Of a DNA stretch of 64,000 nucleotides, positions 57,829 to 64,000 are shown piece after piece. A program made the position numbers and the translations under genes. Every line of letters starts with the position of its first letter. Position 1 is the first letter of the stretch. This DNA comes from Phycisphaerales bacterium. Lineage in GTDB: Bacteria > Planctomycetota > Phycisphaerae > Sedimentisphaerales > UBA12454. Location: contig PLMU01000008.1 in the NCBI GenBank assembly GCA_003142595.1, positions 57 through 64,056 on the forward strand, read 5' to 3'. The notes beneath the pieces are model-generated. The model was not told where the DNA came from. It did no database searches and saw only the letters and a list, made by a program, of their open reading frames with translations.

Positions 57829-60042
57829 CTATTTTCTTACCGGCATAACACCGACTCCGCGGCTCAAAGTCGAGTTTGCCTCGCCGGTCTTGAGATTATA
57901 TTCGATGCCATCGGTAAATACGCCGTTGAGCATACAAGGTATTTCCGGCGTTCCCGAAATAGACATAAAATCTTTCATAGCGTTATAATGGAGCTCTTTG
58001 CCGGCAAATTCATATCTGTTCTGCTCGAAATATACTATTCCGCCGGTCGCGTTAAGATTTTTCAGTTGAGCCTTGCCCTTTATCGGTTCATAATAGTTTA
58101 CATCGACCTGACGCGTATCGATTGTGATTCTTGGCCCGTATCCGCCGGTTGCGAGAACAGGCAGATACCCGATATGAATTCCATTTGCCTTTTCGCTGGT
58201 CGCGTGCACCTGCAGCGTATTTGTGTCCCAGACAAGTTTGGTAAATCCCTCGACCAGCGCATAACAGGGTTTGTCCAGGGCTTTCTGTCCGGATGTGCTG
58301 CTTGTATTTTGGGCTGTGCTGTTATATTCAATTTTACCTTTGCCGGTCGCGATAACATCTTCAGTAACCTTGTCGTAATCTATTCTTTCGGATTTGAGTC
58401 TCACATGGCTTAATTTTGTTTTGTCCAGAGTTTTTATCGACTCAAGCCGGACATTGGGCCCCAGAACCGTTATATGCGATACATCGGAAGCACCCATAAT
58501 ATCTTTACTGCCCCGCTTTTCGGTAAGTTGGGCGATAAGTTTGCTGCCGTAAAATGAATTCTCTTCGTCATAGGAAGCGGTCTGTTTAACGAATCTGCCC
58601 TTTACATCGCCAAAAAAAGTCGCTTCTTTTTTGGGCACAATAAATTGCGCCCCTTTCTTTGCGCTTATAACAAACGGAATCTTTTTACGTCCTTTAACAG
58701 TATCCATCTGAGAATAAAAAACCAGTTCTACCATTCCTGTTGCGTTAGCGGTTTGCGCGGCGATATCATAGCCGACCTGCTGACCGATAAGAACATTTCG
58801 CTGACCAAGACGGCTCAGAAGCCCGCTGCCCAACTGATAAAAACCTTTGAACTTTGCCGGCTTAAAATCGTCAAAGAGTTTGCTCGCAGCTGGTTTCACA
58901 ATCATTGGGCCATCGCATCGGACTTTTGCGATAACCGGCTTTTGCCGCCAGGCCGCGGGTGGTTCTTTCATCTCTTCGGCCTTTGTCATATCTGCCGCGA
59001 CAACAGCAGGCCCCTGCGGAGCGGTTTGCCTCTGCGATGAAGACGGCTGCGATTTGGGCTGCGGCGATTGGGGTTGCGGCTGCGGCTGCGATTCAAGCGG
59101 CTGTTCTTCTTTCTGCGCAAATAGCAGATTTGTTATCGCTATCTGGTCGGCAAGAATAACTTCATCTTGATATTCGATTACCACGTTTTCTTTGAACTGG
59201 CATTGATAATTATCTTCTTTTTTGGCGATTGTTTTATCCGGCACACCGCAGGGCTCGGGTGCTTTACCCACGGCAGTTACGGGTTCGGCTGTTTTGGGGG
59301 CAGCGGATTTTTCAGCCTTTTCGGCCCCCGGCGATGTTTTCGCCACAGAGTTTGCTTCGCTGCCGGGCATTTTCACCAGTTTTTTTATGTTCAGATAATC
59401 AACTTTTTTAATTTTAAGATATTCCATCTTGTTAGTGACGCTGTTAAAGACAATTTCCAGACCTTTTCCCATCATATCCGCGTCGGCCGAGACATAATTA
59501 ACATCGTTGTTCGACCAGAGCATCGAACGGTCGCTGTCGAACGTCACTTCTTTAAGATAGATAAAACTATCCGAGCTGTCAGGTCCGCGAGGAATAACAT
59601 GAACGATAACATTGCCTTTCAGCATCGCCTGTTTCGGCGTAGGATTCGCTCCCTCAACATTTTCAATCTCAACTGTGCCGGTCAGCGCGGTTATATTGCA
59701 GCGGAGATTGTCCTGAAAAACATTCATATAAGGCTTGTCGAGTTCCCATTCGTCGCCGGTCTTATGCAGAACTTTTTCAAAACCGACTACACGTTTCAGT
59801 TTTCTCGTCTTCTGGTCGACTGTTTCGAAACGTGCCCGCTGCACATATTCGATTTTCGCCTGTCCCACCCGTCCCGCGTTGGAATCGGAGGTAAAGCCGT
59901 TCATATCCGTCTGTTCCATCTGGTAATTTGTTTTGTTTACTTTTATGATGCCGATATTGCCGAATATCCTGTAGAACAGGAATATAAGCAATACAGCTAT
60001 AAACGAATTGAGCCAGATTTTAAATTTTCTATTGGGAACCAT
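57829..60042 (-). CDS. 737-aa membrane-anchored periplasmic protein, candidate fused LptC/LptA (OstA-like repeats) with a Pro/Gln-rich linker
   Basis: N-terminal TM (SFIAVLLIFLFYRIF). Repeated OstA-like strand patterns (ALTGTVEIE..LKGNVIVH; ATGMVELVF..FFGDVKG; LNATGGIVYFE..ISGTPE). Linker QPQPQPQSPQPKSQPSSSQ. Sits where lptC-lptA follow kdsD-kdsC in E. coli. Confidence 0.5.
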   Translation of the reverse strand: MVPNRKFKIWLNSFIAVLLIFLFYRIFGNIGIIKVNKTNYQMEQTDMNGFTSDSNAGRVGQAKIEYVQRARFETVDQKTRKLKRVVGFEKVLHKTGDEWELDKPYMNVFQDNLRCNITALTGTVEIENVEGANPTPKQAMLKGNVIVHVIPRGPDSSDSFIYLKEVTFDSDRSMLWSNNDVNYVSADADMMGKGLEIVFNSVTNKMEYLKIKKVDYLNIKKLVKMPGSEANSVAKTSPGAEKAEKSAAPKTAEPVTAVGKAPEPCGVPDKTIAKKEDNYQCQFKENVVIEYQDEVILADQIAITNLLFAQKEEQPLESQPQPQPQSPQPKSQPSSSQRQTAPQGPAVVAADMTKAEEMKEPPAAWRQKPVIAKVRCDGPMIVKPAASKLFDDFKPAKFKGFYQLGSGLLSRLGQRNVLIGQQVGYDIAAQTANATGMVELVFYSQMDTVKGRKKIPFVISAKKGAQFIVPKKEATFFGDVKGRFVKQTASYDEENSFYGSKLIAQLTEKRGSKDIMGASDVSHITVLGPNVRLESIKTLDKTKLSHVRLKSERIDYDKVTEDVIATGKGKIEYNSTAQNTSSTSGQKALDKPCYALVEGFTKLVWDTNTLQVHATSEKANGIHIGYLPVLATGGYGPRITIDTRQVDVNYYEPIKGKAQLKNLNATGGIVYFEQNRYEFAGKELHYNAMKDFMSISGTPEIPCMLNGVFTDGIEYNLKTGEANSTLSRGVGVMPVRK

Positions 60043-60060
60043 AACTCAGCCGGATTAATT

Positions 60061-60588
60061 TTAAACAAGATAACGTTCCATAAGAGCCGACCACTGGCCG
60101 GTATTCTTGAGGATATACTCCACAACCTCCCTTACAGCTCCGTCGCCTCCGTTTCTTGAGGTTATATAGAGAGCTGTGCTTTTAAGCTCATCAACCGCAT
60201 TTGCCACAGCGATACCGAAACCGGCACGCTTTACAAGAGGTATATCAAGCACATCATCGCCGATATAAGCGATATTCTTCGGCTCAAGTTTTGAATCAGC
60301 GAGGAGTTTTTCGAAACCATCGAGTTTTTTCTGACAGGGCTGATACACAAAGTCGATTTCCATTTCTTTGGCTCTTTGCTTTGTTACCGCGCTTTCCCTG
60401 CCGCTTATCATCGCCGTCTTAAGGCCCGCCCTTTTCCACATTTTTATTCCGTGACCATCCAGCAGGTTGAAGGTTTTCATCTCCGTGCCGTCTGAGCAGA
60501 TTGTTATCTTTCCATCGGTCAAAACGCCGTCAACATCCATTGCCAGAAGTTTAATCAGTTTAAGGTCCGTCTTATTTATCTGTGTCAT
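60061..60588 (-). CDS. kdsC: 3-deoxy-D-manno-octulosonate 8-phosphate phosphatase
   Basis: LLAMDVDGVLTDG, ISGR, YIGDDVLDIP and GGDGAVRE, the KdsC HAD subfamily motifs. Confidence 0.85.
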   Translation of the reverse strand: MTQINKTDLKLIKLLAMDVDGVLTDGKITICSDGTEMKTFNLLDGHGIKMWKRAGLKTAMISGRESAVTKQRAKEMEIDFVYQPCQKKLDGFEKLLADSKLEPKNIAYIGDDVLDIPLVKRAGFGIAVANAVDELKSTALYITSRNGGDGAVREVVEYILKNTGQWSALMERYLV

Positions 60589-60595
60589 CGCTCGG

Positions 60596-61573
60596 CTAAC
60601 CTACAATCTTTATCGCGACTATGTCCTGCACGTCAATCAGCCCGATTGGCTTGTCTTCTTCATCCACAACCGGCAAATCGTCAATTCTGTGCTTATGAAA
60701 TATTGCCATTGCCTCGGCCGCAAGAGCGCTGGCCCTGATTCTCTTGCAGTTTGCCGTCATTATATCTTTTACCGTTCGTTCAAAAAGCTTGGCTCCATTT
60801 TGCGCAATTAATCTTCTTAAATCCGCATCTGTAACAATTCCCGCGAGTTTCCCCTCGGAATCGACAATCATTACCGCGCCGTGTCTTTTTATATCGCTGT
60901 TTTTGTTCAGCAGTTCTTTTACCGTATCGGTAGTTTTGGCCAGAGGTAATTTTTCACCCGCCTTGAACATCATTGATTGTTCTACCGTTATAAGTTTCGT
61001 CCCCAGCGAGCCTGCCGGATGAAATCTCGCATAATCTTCGATACTGAAATCTCTGGCTTTCATCACCATCAGTGCCAGCGCATCGCCGATTGCGAGCATA
61101 CAGGTAGTAGAAACGCTCGGCGCAACGCCGAATGGACAGGCTTCATCGAGTTCACCCATACACAGAACAATATCGCTGTGTGCCGCAAGACGCGAATCCT
61201 GTGTAGCCGTAATTCCTATCAGTTTTATCTCAAGCTGTTTGACAATATTTATCAGCCGGATAATTTCATCGGTCTCTCCGCCATAACTTAGCACAAGCAC
61301 AATATCGCCTTTTCTCAGCCTTCCCAAATCGCCGTGAACGGCTTCCGCCGGATGCAGAAAATGGCTTGGCGTTCCCGTTGACGCAAGTGTGGCGCTGATT
61401 TTCTGGCCGACAATCCCGGCCTTGCCTATGCCTGTAACGATAACAGAGCCTTTGCAGCCATAAATTAATTCTGCCGCCTGCGCAAAGGCCTTATCGACAA
61501 GGTCGGCCATTTTCGCCACTCCCTTTGCCTCAGCGTTTATCACTTGCTTTGCGTATTCAAGGTCGAATGTCAT
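60596..61573 (-). CDS. kdsD: arabinose-5-phosphate isomerase (SIS plus tandem CBS)
   Basis: VTGIGKAGIVGQKISATLASTGTPS, LSYGGET and a C-terminal CBS pair. Confidence 0.9.
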   Translation of the reverse strand: MTFDLEYAKQVINAEAKGVAKMADLVDKAFAQAAELIYGCKGSVIVTGIGKAGIVGQKISATLASTGTPSHFLHPAEAVHGDLGRLRKGDIVLVLSYGGETDEIIRLINIVKQLEIKLIGITATQDSRLAAHSDIVLCMGELDEACPFGVAPSVSTTCMLAIGDALALMVMKARDFSIEDYARFHPAGSLGTKLITVEQSMMFKAGEKLPLAKTTDTVKELLNKNSDIKRHGAVMIVDSEGKLAGIVTDADLRRLIAQNGAKLFERTVKDIMTANCKRIRASALAAEAMAIFHKHRIDDLPVVDEEDKPIGLIDVQDIVAIKIVG

Positions 61574-61596
61574 TCACTGACTCCGTTAATATACCT

Positions 61597-63123
61597 TTAA
61601 ATTTTCACGATTCCTTCACGTTCGTCATAACATACTACATTATATTGCTCCGCCCAGCAAGATGCATCAGGACGGATTATTATCTGCTTCTGTTCGCCTG
61701 TTTCAATCTTGGAAATTATGAACCTCCGCTGGTTAAGCAGGAAATCCGCGACAGCCGGCGGCGCGGTAAGCACTATCTTTTTAACTTCATTTCTCGCTGC
61801 CGCCATATTAAGAGCCCTCATTATTTCTATGGCCGCCGATTCAGGACTTTGAATCATTCCGCTTCCGCCGCAATACGTGCATTTCAGATAATTACTCAGC
61901 TGTAAACTCGGCCGCACCCGCTGCCTTGTCATTTCGATAATTCCGAACGCGCTGATTCGCAGTATCCTGCTGCGGGCACGATCGCTTCCCAAAGCGTTGC
62001 GAAACGTTTTTTCTACCTCTCTTCTGTTTTTACTGTCTCGCATATCGATAAAATCGCAGATAATCAGACCTCCCAAATCGCGAAGCTTCAATTGCCGCGT
62101 GATTTCCTTTGCCGCCTCGATATTTATTCTCAGAGCCGTCTGCTCGGCGTTCTCATGCTTTGTGTATTTGCCGCTGTTGACATCAATCGCAACCAGCGCT
62201 TCGGTCTGTTCTATAACTATTGACCCGCCATTTTTCAGCTCCACAGTTCTCGAATGGATTTTCCGGATTTCTTCTTCTATCCTGTATTTATTGAACAGCG
62301 GTATTTTGCCGTCATGATACGTTACTCGTTTTATCATTCTCGGCTGAACAATCGACAGGAAATCCCTGATTTTTCGGCACACCACTTCGCTATCGCATAT
62401 AATTCTGCTTATGTCGCTATTGAAAATATCCCGCATCGTTCGAATAACAAGGTCTGATTCACGATACAATTCGGCCGGCGATTGCACATTATCGATTCGC
62501 TTCTGAATCGCATTCCACAATCTGTCGATATAATCCATATCCTTCTGAATATCTTTTTTCGAGCAGCCGGCGCTTGCGGTGCGAAGAATAAATCCCGCCT
62601 TTTCAGGAAGATGAACCTCATCGAGAATAGTCCTGAGTCTTATTCGCTCCTGCTCGTCTTCAATCTTTTGTGAAACGCCCAGATTATGCATCCACGGCAT
62701 CATTACAAGATATTTGCCCGGCAGCGACAGATACGTTGACAGCGTAGGCCCTTTGGTATTTATTCCTTCTTTGGTAACCTGAACTATCAGGTCCTGTCCT
62801 CTTTTGAGGCACTGCTGAATGGGCGGCCTTTCCCGCAGTGATTTTCTTTTGCCGATATTCTCGGTATAGTCCTGGCCTTTCCGCATAAAGTATCTGGGGT
62901 GAAGGTCGCTTATGTGAAGAAATCCATTTTTACCCAGCCCGAAATCGAGAAACGCCGCCTGAATTGCCGGCTCTACGTTTACTATCCTTCCCTTGTAAAT
63001 ATTGCCTACGTGACTCACTACCGAAGGCCTTTCAATATAAAGTTCCTCAAGGCTGCCGTCTTCAATTACGGCAATCCTGCATTCCTCTGCCTCGGCTACA
63101 TTTATTAACATTTCTATTGCCAT
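61597..63123 (-). CDS. rng: ribonuclease G (Rne/Rng family)
   Basis: S1 domain GNIYKGRIVNVEPAIQAAFLDFG, DVNSGK, GGLIICDFIDM and a C-terminal Zn-link CTYCGGSG. Confidence 0.9.
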   Translation of the reverse strand: MAIEMLINVAEAEECRIAVIEDGSLEELYIERPSVVSHVGNIYKGRIVNVEPAIQAAFLDFGLGKNGFLHISDLHPRYFMRKGQDYTENIGKRKSLRERPPIQQCLKRGQDLIVQVTKEGINTKGPTLSTYLSLPGKYLVMMPWMHNLGVSQKIEDEQERIRLRTILDEVHLPEKAGFILRTASAGCSKKDIQKDMDYIDRLWNAIQKRIDNVQSPAELYRESDLVIRTMRDIFNSDISRIICDSEVVCRKIRDFLSIVQPRMIKRVTYHDGKIPLFNKYRIEEEIRKIHSRTVELKNGGSIVIEQTEALVAIDVNSGKYTKHENAEQTALRINIEAAKEITRQLKLRDLGGLIICDFIDMRDSKNRREVEKTFRNALGSDRARSRILRISAFGIIEMTRQRVRPSLQLSNYLKCTYCGGSGMIQSPESAAIEIMRALNMAAARNEVKKIVLTAPPAVADFLLNQRRFIISKIETGEQKQIIIRPDASCWAEQYNVVCYDEREGIVKI

Positions 63124-63139
63124 ATACTCATTGTCCTTT

Positions 63140-63721
63140 TCAATTTATCTGCCAGTTAACTTTCTTTCTCGTCATTGAGACGCCGATTCTTTCCGGCGCA
63201 AGACCCAAAAGTCTCATTATCTCATCGAGTCTTATAGTTCCTTTGTCGCTAATTTTACAAATCACTCTGATTCCTTCGTTAATTTGCTCGAAAGATTTCA
63301 AAAATCCTCCGACATCAACAGTTTTCACAGAGCCTTTTTCGTCCAGCCTTCTTTCAATTATTATCTTTTCACCCGCACTGATAAGACTGTTGAGTTTTTC
63401 AGCCTGCGCCGAAACTTCTTCAAGTTCCTGGCGGCTATTTACGCTAATCAGGTATTCCGCTTCGAGAGGTTTGTAAGAAACCTTTCCATCGTGAACCATC
63501 AGTTCGGTCAGGAAAAAGCCTTCAGGCAATTGAGCGGCGATTCTTTTGAAAAGCTCATCGCTCTGTCCTGCCGGCCGATATGATACCTGTGCGCAAAAAA
63601 GATCGTCATCCGACGCCAGTCCTACGCTTTTCGGCAGCGGCAGTGAAAGCCTCGGATGGGGATTGAAACCCTGGCTATATATCAGGTCAGCGCCGCTGCG
63701 CACAAGGGCTCTCTGGACCAC
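63140..63721 (-). CDS. DUF2344 (TIGR03936-like, radical-SAM-associated) protein; true start probably further upstream
   Basis: YSQGFNPHPRLSLPLP signature. The frame stays open upstream to 63823 and encodes a family-like GRYKIHGGVRFLSHQEAFR, but has no ATG/GTG/TTG there (see finding). Confidence 0.65.
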   Translation of the reverse strand: MVQRALVRSGADLIYSQGFNPHPRLSLPLPKSVGLASDDDLFCAQVSYRPAGQSDELFKRIAAQLPEGFFLTELMVHDGKVSYKPLEAEYLISVNSRQELEEVSAQAEKLNSLISAGEKIIIERRLDEKGSVKTVDVGGFLKSFEQINEGIRVICKISDKGTIRLDEIMRLLGLAPERIGVSMTRKKVNWQIN

Positions 63722-63872
63722 CCTGAAAGCCTCCTGATGTGATAAAAACCTGACACCGCCGTGTATTTTATATCTTCCTGCCAGTGTCTGTATTTTCTGT
63801 TCTATTTGCCAATCTCCTAAGTTTTATAAAAACTTTTTTTATTTTAATCATCCGCCGCAGGCGGATTCCACA

Positions 63873-63900
63873 AATCTTCAATCTTAAATCTTCAATTTTA
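63873..63900. repeat. 14-bp tandem repeat x2 (AATCTTCAATCTTA / AATCTTCAATTTTA)
   Basis: 13 of 14 nt identical, read directly. Intergenic, beside a 7-bp-stem hairpin at 63850..63866. Significance unknown. Confidence 0.5.
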
Positions 63901-63915
63901 AATTTTTAAAAAACT

Positions 63916-64000
63916 TCAGGCAAAACTTTCATTGTGGCGCTTCGAAGATAATTTATTATCTCCCGTTCCGAGTTCATCATAAGAGCTTTCCTGGCGACAG
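63916..64000 (-). CDS. 3' end of an unidentified CDS running off the window
   Basis: The minus-strand frame is open from the window edge to TGA at 63918..63916 (..SYDELGTGDNKLSSKRHNESFA*). Too short to identify. Confidence 0.3.
   Translation of the reverse strand, partial: CRQESSYDELGTGDNKLSSKRHNESFA

Noticed and set aside
59040-59100. GGCTGCG-rich short repeats that might look like a tandem repeat array
   Set aside because: This is the coding sequence, on the opposite strand, of the Pro/Gln-rich linker (QPQPQPQSPQPKSQ) of the 737-aa protein. It is a low-complexity coding region, not a CRISPR array or satellite.
59167-60159. 330-aa plus-strand ORF
   Set aside because: It lies entirely antisense to the 737-aa LptC/LptA-like gene. 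Its composition is Phe/Arg/Cys-rich and it has no motif or SD. This is the typical shadow ORF of a long gene.
63850-63866. 7-bp-stem hairpin ATCCGCC-GCA-GGCGGAT as an intrinsic terminator
   Set aside because: On the minus strand, the direction of the flanking genes, the stem is followed by an A-rich tract rather than a U-rich one. On the plus strand the T-run precedes the stem. It does not fit a Rho-independent terminator in either orientation.
1-64000. Search for CRISPR arrays, rRNA, tmRNA/RNase P/SRP RNAs, prophage or known defence-system genes
   Set aside because: None was seen. The intergenic regions are short except for 29242..29607, 33887..34280, 35304..35669, 44532..44809 and 48729..49279. 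None of these shows spaced direct repeats or conserved ncRNA motifs that I can recognise by eye.

Overview
Gene-dense chromosomal segment of roughly mid-40s % GC by eye, with about 60 CDS and one intact tRNA. All functional calls come from reading motifs in the supplied translations; no homology search was possible. Gene content suggests a diderm bacterium, possibly PVC/Planctomycetota-like: FHA-GAF protein, tail-anchored Ser/Thr kinase, orphan PilT, giant LptC/LptA-like protein. That taxonomic guess is inference only. Content from left to right: (1) a methyltransferase, GT2 and polytopic membrane protein glycosylation trio; (2) murJ, typA, DUF4186 and DJ-1; (3) a complete Pho regulon block, phoB-phoR, a porin, pstS-pstC-pstA, two pstB and phoU, followed by an NCS2 nucleobase permease; (4) an FHA-GAF protein, nadB-bioD-bioA, pcm, recG and a GH28 enzyme; (5) pntAA-pntAB-pntB; (6) an RND efflux pair; (7) a tRNA-Arg(UCU) locus disrupted or duplicated around an IS element; (8) waaA, a CNNM/CorC protein, a SYLF lipoprotein, a homocysteine methyltransferase, a ComEA-like protein and a TIM-barrel glycosidase; (9) an orphan pilT operon with a membrane-anchored, catalytically dead GspE/PilB-like protein and a CvpA-like protein; (10) a radical SAM enzyme, Ser/Thr kinase, APH-like kinase and TetR regulator; (11) HAD hydrolase, acyl-CoA dehydrogenase and etfAB; (12) kdsD-kdsC plus a 737-aa LptC/LptA-like protein; (13) rng and DUF2344. 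No CRISPR array, rRNA, prophage or recognisable defence system was seen. The observations most worth follow-up are: the pilT / pseudo-GspE / CvpA-like operon; the two PstB paralogues whose motif losses all map to one ATP site; the tRNA-Arg 5'-half duplication with the promoter left on the truncated copy; the fused LptC/LptA-like giant; phased Pho-box-like repeats at three promoters; and an SD-sequestering 5' leader.
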